Notes under the pieces: model-generated | Database searches by the model: none | What the model was told of the DNA's origin: nothing | Seen by the model: only the letters and a program-made list of their open reading frames with translations | Made by a program: the position numbers and the translations under genes | Shown: positions 39,139 to 51,764 of the stretch, in pieces | How positions within the stretch are numbered: position 1 is the first letter of the stretch | Layout: the number at the start of each line of letters is the position of its first letter | Source: Lophium mytilinum | Lineage: Eukaryota | NCBI GenBank assembly: GCA_010093605.1 | Contig: MU004183.1 | Coordinates: forward strand, 372,001-436,000 | Direction: 5' to 3' | DNA length: 64,000 bases

Positions 39139-40995
39139 CTTCTTAGTTTGATTTTTTGGTCTGAGTGGTGGGTGTCTTGCGAGATTTTATGAAGAGAATG
39201 AGATCCAACAGGGCCATAAACTTGAGATGGTGTGGAACAAAAGAGATATACGATATTAGGTGCTAGTCAAGGGAGAAGAGACAACTGTTTTGAGATGGTT
39301 GTGTTTCTATCGCAGTCCAACAACCGTGTTAAGGAGCACTGAGAAGTAGAGCAGTTCTAAACATAGAAGCATCCTCACCAAGCCCCATCCTCAGCCTCAC
39401 CTACATTGGCAAATCTCGCTGTTTACTAGTGGTCGGTCCATAAACCACCGCCTCCTTCTGAGCATTCCCGCTGCTGTCAGACAGCATTGGCCAAAAGCGA
39501 ATACTAATCCAAACTGGTCTCGGATGTCCACGTTGAGTGGTGCACGAACTCAGCCCACTTCGATATAGACCGAACACAGAGTCAAATCTCTGACTAGACG
39601 CGGGGTAGGTAGGTACGCTGTATTACTGGTACCACCTACCTAGTTCTTACCTCAGCCGCCTCTCTATGCAACTGCGACTTAGACGCCAGACGCGTTGAGA
39701 CAATGCTGACTCCAGCGGTGTATGCTCGATTCTGGGCAAATCGCTCCAATAGAAATCTTGCCCGCTCTATACGACACCTTGGTTATATTTTACAAGAGCC
39801 ACGACAGCCTCCAGGAAGGGGGCCTGGCAGATAGCATCGGACGCGGCCACGAGAGCAACCCGAATGCCTTGTTTTCAATAGTTCTAAACATGCTGGAGAA
39901 TAGCTCGCTTCCGTTATCTGACAGGCATGATAAGCTAGGCTGTTACAAGGGGCGCCGCCAAGTGCAGATTCCGGACCCCACCAGCTACGCGAGGCGTGGA
40001 ACATCAAAACCACCAGTTTTTAGTATATTGGAGGAGGTTTACCAACACAACTACAATAACTAGTTAAGATCTAAGTAGATAGATATATCTGTCCATATCT
40101 GTGCATAATGATTATCGAAGAAAGCAAATTTATTGATTGATACGGGGTGCTGCAAAGCAACTTTCAGGATTTGGGTGAGATGCTTACATAACCGGACAGT
40201 ACACTTGGCCGCGCCCCTTGTAGGATGAGACGTCGGAGGTTGTTCGGGTTATGATAGGTGCAGTTGGTGAGGAAGGGGGTCCTGAATACTAGGGCTGACG
40301 TGGACCCAAAGACGTGGAGAACGGTTGCAGTCCCACTTAAGGTTCCCAGCTGCATGGATCGCACTGACGCTGCAAGGGTTCCTAGCTCCGAGTGCTGGGA
40401 TTTAAAGCTTGTTTGATTACCGTATTATAACTTTCCGTACGTCAGGGATCCTGTGCAAGGGTAGACTGCAGTGGCGTTTCAGGGCTGAAGCTCCGGCCCG
40501 ACGTTACTATTTTCTCGGCGGCTTAGAAGAGGCTGTGTTTTGGGAAGTTTGTTGGCAACCAAGCGTTCAAGCGGTGAACATTGCCAGCGTGGCGTTCGAC
40601 AGGGTGGTGTTTGAGAATTGAAACTAGGAGAGGTGATAAAAGGCAGTGAGCACGTGACGGGCACCTGACAGCATCCAGATGCTCTCCTGTGTACCACTTC
40701 CACTTGAGTTTCTTCGATGTGTCTCCATAAACCATACTTCCAGCCAGGATATCCAGAAGCTTAGTTGAAGTACAAATGTGAGTAGCGCGTGATGTGCAGC
40801 ACGTGACTAGTCCTTCTATACTTCCTTTCGTTCCCAGCTTTTCAGGTCGACATCTATGGCAAGGATGCTAGTTTTGCTTGGGTCGACTGAGGACTGCACT
40901 TCTGGTAGGAAACGGAGTCCATGGTTTTAGATATCCAAAATCGGAAATATATAGGTCTAGTGTCCTTTAATGGCGAGTATGCAATACGCAATATC

Positions 40996-41225
40996 CAGTG
41001 CCTCGTCATAGAAATCCGTACACTGGTTTGCCGCCGCACGGCGAGTCTCATAGGGTTATGAGTGTTTTGGGTAAGAGAGAAGTTCGACATTTGCTACTAC
41101 AGGTAAACTCAAGGGGCTACTCCAAACGGTGTGAACTTGGTGTACCCAAATTTAAATCCGTCTTGTACGTGGGAGCCCCTTAAATAGTGCTAGGGAAGTA
41201 TACGCATATCTATGGCAAGGCACTG
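40996..41225. mobile_element. MITE (Tc1/mariner-like), copy A, 230 bp
   Basis: Ends CAGTG...CACTG; terminal inverted repeats match at 24/29 positions; right flank TA, left flank TC; interior homologous to the reverse complement of the copy at 62745-63006. Confidence 0.8.
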
Positions 41226-41310
41226 TACACAAGCAGAAGAAACACTCTGAAAAATCAACCTTGTAATTGTTGGCCATACCGACAGGAGACTTTGATATCT
41301 ACTCGGGCTC

Positions 41311-42893
41311 TCAATGCTTTCCCTCGACCTCTTTCAGTCCATCTTCCGCAAGCTTAGGAGTCTCATCCTTCTCCCCATCCGCACCATAAAGCGTCACCCC
41401 GATATTCTTCACAACGAGATACGTCGGTATAACTGCCAGTCCCCAAAGCGCAAAGTTGACGCCCGTCTCTCGAATCAACGGCGTCTTAGTCGAACTGATG
41501 CCAGACGCTACACACTGTCCCGCCGCCTCCACGGCCCTCACCACAGAAGTGTACCGCACAATCTCCCGATGCTCTTTCGCCATGTATCCCACCAACCAAT
41601 ACCCGTAGTTATAGGTCAACGCAAAGTTGACTTGCCAGAACACATACAGCGCCCATCCGCGGCCAAAACCAGAGTCGTTCCAGTCGAGTGCGGGCTTGTG
41701 GTGGGAGTAGCCGCGTTGGACGACAATTCCCCAGACCCAGCAACCGCCGAGGAGCAACATCATGGCGATGTAGGAGACCTTGGCGCGGGTGTTGAGCGAG
41801 AAGCGTTGCCAGTCTAGGAAAGAGCCCATGATGAGGGTCGCACAGATCTGGGAGACGGCGCCGACGAGGGAGGCGAGGGCTCGGGCGCGCACGGTGAAGT
41901 AGAGGGAGACATAGGCGGAGACGTAGGGTTGGTTCCATGTTACGTAGATGAAGAAAGGGACGCTGGGATTTGTGTCAGTACCTACTATGGTTTACGAGCA
42001 CAAGGGGTCACGTACACTAGGAGGAAGTCTTTCCTGGCCAGCAGCTTTAAGACGGCCTTGATTTCATCCTTGGTATGAATCCGTTCTGAAAGCTGAACTT
42101 TTGTGCCATTTCGCCGTTGCACCTTTTCTGGTGGCGAAAGTAAACATCCTACTGCAGGTCCGAAGCATTCTAAAAGTCGTTAGTATGGTATGAAGCATCA
42201 GCGACTGTCCATAGGGGCACTCACGAAGCACCACAAAGACAATATAAGTCCGCCAATCCAGCTTTCCCGTCTTCTTTCCAGCATAGTTGAAGGCCAAGTT
42301 GATTACACCACCGATGATCGATCCACCGTTTCGGTACGCAAGCCAGTATGCCAGGTACTTTCCTCTGTTCTTCGGCTCAGGATAACTCAGCATGATGGCA
42401 CCCTCCGCGGCCCAGAAGACACCCGCTGTGATTCCACAAGCGGCGGAGCCGAAGTAGATGAACCATTTCGTCCTGTAGCGGTTGTTGCAGTACAAAGCAG
42501 CTGAGTAAAGCACATATCCGGATGTTCCAAAAATAAAGGCTGCTTTAAGTCCGAATCGGTTTGCAAGGATGCTGCCGGAAAGGCACGTGAGTGTCATCAA
42601 CGCGAATAGAATCGCGTTACCAGCCCTGATATCGAAATTAGAACCCTCTTAAAGACACTTCGATGTTCTCAAACATACATGACGAGATACGGAGTCTGTT
42701 GTCCTCCAGCACCAACTGCCTGCATAGCATTCCATAGCCCTGGTGCCGTGAAAGCGGCTACGCCAACGATAGTCGCGTTGAAGAAAACTCCGCGGAACCA
42801 GCTGTAGTTTCGAGTACTCGAGGTTGAACGCACATCCTCGGACTCTGGCGTTGTAGCCGAAGATGCCACACTTTGCTTGATATCAGTGGCCAT
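41311..42893 (-). CDS. MFS transporter, UNC-93-like family, 3 introns
   Basis: Multiple TM helices; FTAPGLWNAM...GAGG and AGVFWAAEGAIMLSYPEPKNRGKY. Confidence 0.9.
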
Positions 42894-43980
42894 GACGGTA
42901 TAGTAGACTTGAAGCAATTGTGAGAGAAAGAAAAGTTGGAAGACGACCCTTGATGCAATCCTTTATAAGATGCGACGAGACACGACATCCCGGTGGGCCT
43001 CGCAGAAATTCTCCCTAGGGTATCATGATCTATGGCGTGCTGATCTTTATCGGCCCGCTGTCAGCGTTTAGTGTAGCCACCATGGGCATGATTGAGTTCC
43101 ACGTTCCTGCTTTTGGGGCTCGTCTGCTATCCGTAGCCGCGGATCGGGGTATGTTGCTGCCAAAATTTCGGGAAACAAAGCCCTGATTCCAGGTCATAAG
43201 GCTGTCGCGGTAGAGCTAACATGACTCAAGTTCATACTTACTGGTGCCTCGTAACGAGGCCCGGCTAATATATCTTGAGGCAGTCCAATCTGGAGAGGTC
43301 TATGAGACTTTTTCTCTAGAGTATCCCCTTGCTGGAAAGGACATTTGCGATGCTGCAACTATTCCGAGTCCATGGCCTCGCCTGAACATGTAGAATTGGC
43401 TATTATGACAGTCAGAAGCCGCAAATGTTGAGATGGAGAGTGGTGTTGGAGATGCGAGGTTGGGATAGAATAGTGGAGAAGCAGGCCCGGTTAGCGAGAT
43501 GTCGTGATCAATCCTGGGACTGACGTTCATGCTTCTCAAGAAAACCACGATAAGGCCTGCAGACGCGCATCGGATACGCTTTCGCGACTCACGCGTCCTG
43601 CTGCTAGCAACCGTTCACTTAATTAGCCTCTCCGCAGTGGATCTTGTTTCCAAGGTTCTGATGGCGACATCGACCCTAAGCATTGCTCATCGTGGAAATA
43701 TTGTGCTCCAAGAAATGCAAAACCGAACGAACGATAGACTCCGATATCCCGAAACATGCGGACACTTGTGCGATATCGCACCGAAAGGCCGCTTTATCCA
43801 GGGCGTGATGTCGGACACGCGTTGGTGTTCGCGAGAGAATAGTGGAGCGCGACATAGCCCATGGTAATACATGTAGTTGACCGGGTGCCTGGGTAGTATT
43901 TTGCACTTTAATCTCAAAACTTCCACGCCGTCCGTTCAATTCATCTTTCTCCATCGAACGTACCTACACATTCATCCAAA

Positions 43981-45339
43981 ATGGTTGGCGTCCTCTCCAC
44001 CTCCCAAACCTTCGCCCCCTTCACTTTCGCAGGCCAGAAAAACACCCAAACCCTCGGCTTTCCCAACGATGCCGAATTCCCTCTTGCCCTAAAACCCGCC
44101 GGGAGCTGGCAACCCACGCTTCAAGAATCCGTCACCGCAATTGAAGGACTCGCGAAGTCTGGGCAGATTTCCAGCCTAGCTCAGAAGCATGGCGGCGCTA
44201 TCCTCTTCCGTGGACTACCGATTAAAACACCGCAAGACTACAGCGAGGTCGCCCATGCGTTTGGGTTCCGTGCGCATGAGGAGGTAGGGAGGCCACCACT
44301 GCGGACAGTGTTGGCGAAGAACATCAAGACGGCGAATGAGGGGTAAGTAGAACCACCATTGATTTGTAAAAAAAGAAACGGAGCTCATGGAGATATAGAC
44401 CACCAGAGCTTCCTATCTGGCCGCATAACGAGTACGGCTGGTCGACGATAAATCCTGCGTGGCTGACTTTCTCCGCAATGGTGACTCCCGAGCAAGGTAA
44501 CTTTGACTTCAACCGAGCATAGAAGCGGACAAATCTGACGTCGTCCAGGTGGAGAAACCCCAATAAACTCCAGCATAGCCCTCGCATCTGCCCTGGAGAA
44601 GCAAGCTCCTGAGTTCGTTCAGACTCTCCTAAACAAGGGCGTCCGGTACGTCTACCGCTACGGCGTGCAAGAAGTGAAATCAAACACGGGTACCAGCGTA
44701 CTTGGTGCATACGGCCAGACCGTGCTACCCGGCGACGACGCAGAAACTGTGCGGAGGAAAGTGGAGGCGGAGGTGCGGCGGCATAGTGAGAGGTTTGAAT
44801 GGCATGAGGATGGTTCGTTGAGTGTGACGCATGTTGTGCCGAGTAAGTACTCCACTTCGGAAAAGTTCTGATATAGCGCGAACACTAACTTTGCAAAGTT
44901 ATCAGGAAACATGAGAAACTGGGTTTGACGACGTTCTTCGGAAATCTAACGAGCGCCTGGGGAAGGAGCAAGCACTACCGTGCGACGGAACCACCATATT
45001 TAGGGTCCGATGGCTCATACCATCCCATTCCAGAGTACGGCGATGGGACACCGATAGAGACGAAGTATCTTGATCTCGCGCTGGCGATTGCGGAAGATTC
45101 ACAGGTGTTGCTTACGTGGCAGCCAGGTGATGTCGTGCTATTAGATGTAAGTGGCATAGCTTCGGCGGGATGCACTTGCTAATTTGACTCAGAACCATGC
45201 CGTGCAGCATTCACGTTCACCTTGGGTAGGAAACCGAACCGTGCTTGCCGCCTTGTGGGATGAAGATGGCAAAATTGGCGATTTTGAGGAAGGCATTGAA
45301 ATTTTGAAGTCGAGTCCACGGGTACCCATAGTTGCATAG
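43981..45339 (+). CDS. Fe(II)/2-oxoglutarate dioxygenase, TauD/clavaminate-synthase-like (SyrP-like), 4 introns
   Basis: HGGAILFRG, ANEGPPELPIWPHNEY (HxE iron ligands), GGETP, YGDGTPI and WQPGDVVLLDNHAVQHSR (distal His and Arg). Confidence 0.9.
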
Positions 45340-45476
45340 GAGGGACTCGAAAATTAGAGCTTCAACTACTACTACAAAAGGTTTGACACGCTAAGAATGA
45401 GTTTCAAACCACCGCGCTACCTAGTGTTTTATCCAGCTGATACCGGCCATAAACAAATGCGGGCTATTCTATCCAT

Positions 45477-48400
45477 CTACAGCGATTTCTTTCCTCCAAC
45501 CCCCTCAAGCCTCACCCTGCCCAACTGCGTATGTGCATCTGTCGCACTCGTCCACGTGGCCAACCTCCCCAATCTCCCACCTACCGCAATCGCGGGCACT
45601 GGCGCCTCCGGTTCCCAATCATCCAGCACCTTCTTCAGTCGCTCGCTCCCCGTCGCCGCATACGCGTACTCAAACGCCTCTTTTGTCAGTTCAAATGGCC
45701 GGGCGGTGACATTCGGTACATAGCGGCCGATCAGCTTCTCCGGGTCGAGCTTGTTGGCAATGATATTCGCCTCTAAAACCTCGCGGAAGGCGGAGAGATT
45801 GGGGCGGAGGAAGGAGCTGTGGAAGGGGACGTCGATGCCGGTAAGCGGGATGGTGGCCTTGCCTCGTGCTAAAGCGGCGACGGGAGGTCCGGAGGTGATC
45901 TCCGCGACATGTGTATCGATGAGAGAGGAGATGGATGCAGCATCATGCTTAGCTTTCGTGGAGGCAGCGAGGGTGTCCAAGACGGTAGTTAAGAGGTGGA
46001 GATTTGTTAGCGTGCCCGCGCAGACGTACTGGCGCTGAGCGACGTTGTAGTTTACGATCTCGAGCAGCGATCCAGTTGTCTTGCTGATGCTTGAGACGGT
46101 TGCTTCGAGGTCTTTGATCTCGAAGGATGGAGTAACGCGGCTGGGATCTACGGCCATCATCCCGAACTCCGAGCGACCTTGCTCGTCTCGCTCGACGGCG
46201 ACTTGCATCGATAGCCCGCGGTAGAAGACAATGGAGAGAATCTGCTCTAATGGCATCATATCGGCGATCGCGCAAAGAGCTGCGTACTCGCCAAGAGAGT
46301 GACCGGCGTACATGCTGTTTTGGGCGATGAGACCTCTAGCTGCCATATCCTCGAAGGCAGCCTTTTCCATAACGGTAAGAGCGGGCTGGGCAAATTCAGT
46401 CGAGAAGAGGAGACCACCGGGCGAGCGATAAGTGTAAGATGCACTCCGCTCGTGGATATCGAAGAAACGCTTCGTGGTCTTGTTGCCAGCTTTGTCGTAG
46501 GAATCGTAGGTCATTTTTAAATAATTCTGCCTGATGATTGCGCCGCGGCGGCCACCGAAGTGGACGGTGAGTTGTTTTGGGTTCTTCTTCACGATATCTG
46601 TTAAGCGAAATCCTGATTGCCACGTTAGCACCCGATGGCCGCACAAGAGAATCTCGATGCTTCTTACCATATGTCTCATCGAAATGCTTGTCTGCCCTAT
46701 CCCAGACCGCCCTTGCAACGGGACTGCTCTCGTAAAGATCCATACCCATTCCCATCTCCTGGCTTCCCTGCCCGGTAAAGATATACGCTGTCTCCGATTG
46801 CTCGATCTCGCACTCGCCCACGAAAACCTTTTCTTCCGTATCTACATTCCGCGCTTCGATAGTGATGACCTTGAGGCCCTCAAGCATGGCCACATGCTCG
46901 ATGCTAACCTCAATCTTGTCACCGGGTTGGATCATCCCACTAAATGACGCGCTAAATCGTTTCATAGAGCCGAGATGGACTTCTTCGCTGCTCTCTGCAC
47001 ATCGCATCTCGCAGATGCTGCGAATTATAGCGCTAGTGTGCATGCCATGAGTGATGCAGTTTGGAAGACCGGCGTAGCGGGCGAACGCGGGCGAGACATG
47101 GATCGGGTTGAAGTCTTGGGAGATGCGAGAGTACGCAAGATTGCTTTTTGGGGCGGTGAAGATGAAGCCAGACTCTTCGTGATTGAGAGAATTGGGAGTA
47201 TCTAGAGGTACGCGCTTTTGCACGACCTTGCCGTGGCGGCCGAGGTATCCGAGAACCGGATTGCCGTTGGTGTGAGGAAGGCCAGAAGTAAGCGAATCGT
47301 ACTCCACAATGCCAATTTCTATAGGATCTCTTGAAGATGACGACCTGGCAAAGACTTTTCCAGTGGTCCGGAGGTGACTCGGTGAAGTAAACGTATCAAG
47401 CTCAAAGCTTAGGGTTTTGCCACAGAGAGTCTCCGTGGTATCAGGATGGTAGAATGACATCCAAGCTTTCGACATCAGAAGGTTAACATGGCTGTTTGTG
47501 CTGAGCTCGACTTCTCTTATCTCTTCCTTGATATTTTGAAATTCATCCGAGCGATCGGTATATGTCCCTCGATAGAAGAACTCCGATATGACATCCATCA
47601 CGGGAGCACCATCTCTAGTAATAGTACAACAAACCGAAACAACTTTACCAGTCTCTTGTACTATAATGGCAGTGGTTTTCGCAGAGCTCTCGGTTTTGTC
47701 TCCAATCATTAACGGACCTGCTCCGGGGTAAACACGATACTCGTTGGAAAGATGGACCAGCTTCAACAGATCCCCTTTAACGAAGAGGAGGGACTTCATT
47801 ATGGCTTTCCAACCGATCACGATCGCCAAGTCCATGGGAACCAAAGAATCCCGATCCAATCCTCTCATACCGCCACCAATAGTCTGCAAAAACTTCTCGA
47901 CTAGGCCTTTAGTAATGATGACCTCTTTGGTAATGGCTTCATCTCCTTTACCAAACCAGAGCATGTCATAGAAGCTGCGAATACGCTCTTCGCGACCTTC
48001 TACATCTTCACGTAGCAATGAATGTGGTAGCTCCGGGTGATACCCGAAGTAGAATTCGAGTGGCAATGGTTCGTTCAGCGCGTTCTCGTAGCATAGCATG
48101 CGAAGCGTGATCTTTCCCGATTCGCTGGTAACGATCGATGCATCTGTTTGGCCGTCGTTATTGCTGCTCATAGTGATAGAAATGTCACCTCTTCCGGAGC
48201 CGTTTGTGATGAGCACGGAACAGCCTTTCAAGGGCTTGAATGCTTGACGTATAGGATTGGGAATCACTTCGTCTCCACTCGTGATTGTTGGACTTTTGAA
48301 GACGGCGTATCTCCAGGAGAGCTCTTTACCGGCAAGGATGTTAAACCACGCTTCGGATGATGGGATATTCTGAGCATTGAAAGGGATGCTGTATGCTGTA

Positions 48401-51400
48401 AAGCCTGGCGCCGGGAGGATTTGAATGCCGTCTTCCACTGTAGCTTCGGACGCCTGATGGCCAAAGAATTCAGCAACCGGAATAGCCTGCTGGTCGCCAT
48501 TGTAAAACTCTTCGAGCATGCTCTGGACATGAGCGCTGCTGATCTGGTCTAGAATGGATTTTGCAGATTGATCGATGTTCTCCGGCGTGGCATAGGTCAC
48601 GGAAACGGGTCCTTGAAGGATACAGCATCGCTGTATATCTCCATCAATGACGGCTTCTACGTTCTCGGACTGCCACAGCGAATCCTTTTTGAACCAAGAC
48701 TCGAAATTTGCATCTAACACGGGAATGAATGTGACTGGCTTCTGACCAGATCGTCGACAAATTGATAGAAAATACTCCTGGTCCTCCTGGCTAATGAGCT
48801 GCGTCTTGCTCTCCCCATACGCTTCAACCAGATTTCGCATAGCTTTAACCGGGTCGTTGAAATCATCATAGCTTTGAAAGATAGGCTTGGAAAGCTCTGA
48901 TCGTGACAAGGGTAATCGCTCCTCAATGCGGCGGATGAAGTCTCCCAATATCCTGATATAAGAATCATCGATCCATTGGGAGCTCTTCTTGAGGTACAGC
49001 AAGTCGACCATGCGTCTGGCGACGTCTGAATATGACATGTCTTTGAGCTCTCCAGCTTTGCCGGCATCGAAGTCGTACCCGAACCAAACTTTCTGGAAAT
49101 CTTTGTTGAGGCGCTCAATGATGTAGCTCCGTTGTCGCTTGATCACGGCAAGCTGCTTGCTCTTCTCGAGCGAGAAAATCTTCTTATCCATCTCAGCCCA
49201 CAGCTGTACTCCCCGGGTGGCGATTTTGTGGATAGGCTGTCCCATCTCCGACTGAACAGTAATGATACCTTTACCAGACCGCCAGAATGCATCTTCGACG
49301 CCTTCCGTGGCAGCGATGGCTTGTTTCGCTGCCAGAGAAGTATGCGCCTCTTTTGCAACCATCATTCGACTTCCGAAGAGACAGCCGTCAAAAGGCATAC
49401 GAGATTGCTCGAACTTCTCCGACCAGGATCCTGTCAGATATGGATACGTATCATCGGATCCACCGAAACCGCTGCCGGCAATCAGAATGATGTTGGTGCA
49501 TCGTCTGATACTTGAATATGTTTGCAGCATTGGTGCGTGGAAGTCTTCCGCGGAGTGATGGCCTCCGCCACGGCCGCCGGTCCATTGCAATAGAATAGGG
49601 AACGTAGGATGTGCCTTAGCAATTGTAAGCACCTGCTGGATTGCATCTGCCGAGCCTGGTTTGAAGCCGATATGTTTTAGCCCGAGGTCCTCGATATAAC
49701 CCGTCGCTATTTCAAGTGACGGAACGCCTGCGCCTAGCGTAATGCCTTCAATCAAGTGGCCTTTCTGGACAAGACTTTTGATCAAAGGGATTTGCCATTG
49801 GATAGCTCTTGGTGCTGAGTAAATCAAGTTGATGGTGATTCCTTTCCCAGTTCTAATTGACTTCTCAATGGTAGTTATAGCCTTAATGAGTGATCTTTCG
49901 TTGGGGTGACCTCCGGCAGCGAGCTCGACGTGGTAACCTGCGTTGATGACTGCGGCGACGAAATCGGGGTGTACAGTCGTAGGAGTCATTCCTGCAACCA
50001 TAACTGGCGGCGCGCCTAGGAGCTGGCTCATCTTAGTGCTAACTATCGTCTTCCCCGACGCATCAGAAAGCAAAGAGGGCGCAAAGTCGCGCAGCCAATC
50101 CACGGTCTTTTTTTCAAAGGTTTCAGAGCTTTCAAATAATTCAGCTTTGTAGCCCACGTGCGCAAGCGCACCCTGAAGCGGTCCAGCTAAGATAATTCGT
50201 GTGCCCCGACCCTCTTTCATCCTATGCATGAGAGTTCCGACGCCTGAAGTACCACCAGGGCCGAAATCAATGATATAAGAGCGATTAGGGAATTTGGTTG
50301 CCAATGGCCAATCAACTACCTCAGTGGTGATGGCTCTGGTTAGCATTGGGAGTAAAGCTTCTTCTTCTGCTTCACGGAGATCCCGGCCAGTCTTGCTGTC
50401 ATATACCGGGACCAACAGGTGGCGGGGCATTATTGAGATGTTGTACTTCTTCATGTCTCCTTCAACAGCTAGAGCAGCTTCCGTAAGGTAGGGAGTATGG
50501 AAAGGGCAGGATATTGGTAGGTATCGCGTAGTAAAGAATTTTCCGCTTTGAGGCTGTGTTTTGGACGTCGGTTCTCGAAGCTTTTGGATGAAGGCGGTGA
50601 AATTTCGTAGTGACTCTGGAGCACCGCCGACGACAATATTTGAGGGGCCATTTACTAACGCCATATAGACTTCCTGGTCCCATGCAACGTTCTGGTTGAA
50701 CGACCGGATTTGGGACTCGACTTCCGCTCGAGGAAGATGCAATATATTCATCATAGGCGTGGGGTCATCTTCTGACCGCTCTTCAACCATCTTTTGCCAT
50801 GACGTTTTCCCGGGGAAAGCTTGTTGACTTCGGCAGCCGGTGTAGAACAGTGCTATTAATACGGACTTTGACGCTCCTTGAAAATCTTCGAAGGTTTCGC
50901 ATGTAGCGAGAGCAACCGCTACGATGATTCCCTGACTGTGCCCTGTCAAGCCGTGTAGTTTCTGAACGACCTCTCCCGGGTTAAGCTGCCAAAGCTTGCA
51001 TTTGACATAGAAACTGGCGAGCTGCAGGACGGCGATCAACGGGAAGCTGACGGGTGCCGAGAGCAGGTAATCACGCTCGGGGGTGGTCTCCGGCTTGCGT
51101 AGCCAGGAAAGGAAATCTAAGCCGTGAGGGTATTGGTCGACTGTAGTCTCGTCGCCGAGTACTTTTTCAAAAATCTCCGAGGCAAAGTCCAAAGCTTCGT
51201 CCAGTAGACAGCCGTACGTGCCGTATAGATCCCTCAGCTCATCAAAGTATTGTTGTGTATTCCCTTGCCCTCCGAACACGAAAAAAGTTGAGTTGTCTTC
51301 CGAGAAGATTGGCGGTGGGGCGGCGCCAAAGGGGTGCTCCATAAGCTGCATGCTTTCGTAGTAGGATCTGATGATTTCTCTCTTGCTCGCCGGCTCCGCG

Positions 51401-51764
51401 TCTGGCATCGCAGCGACACATGTGTGAATATTCTCGCCGCGTAAGTAATCATGCTCGAACTGTTCCAGCGCAACCAAGAAAACCTCTCTTGTAGGTGCGT
51501 CGAGTTTCGCAGCCTTTCGACCAGTAATGAATCTCAGGAATTGCGCAAGGAACTGGAAGGTTGAATGAGGCTCCGAGAGCACTCCATCTTCGAAGCTTTG
51601 CAAGAATTCTTCATGTAGGAGATTTGCGAACCCGGTCAAGCCCTCTGGTAAGAAAAACTGGAATTTGTAGGATCCATTTGGGGACTCGAAGAGGCACTTC
51701 TCTGAAGTTGCGAGTTAGTTGACGTAGGCTGAAGCGTGCGGTTTCAATCTTGCAACTTACCCAT
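45477..51764 (-). CDS. Fungal type I fatty acid synthase beta subunit (AT-ER-DH-MPT), secondary-metabolism type
   Basis: FGGQG and GHSQG (AT), VAGMTPTT and GGRGGGHHS (ER), DFNPIH and HGMHTSA (DH), FTGQGSQ, GHSLGEY and DVPFHS (MPT); first coding exon ATG-G, second intron about 46611-46667. Confidence 0.96.

Noticed and set aside
39605..39642. Small imperfect inverted repeat TAGGTAGGTAC...GTACCACCTACCTA
   Set aside because: Too short and low in complexity to call an element.
39722..40990. Fragmentary ORFs between BCAT and the MITE
   Set aside because: No coherent gene model; at most relic DNA.
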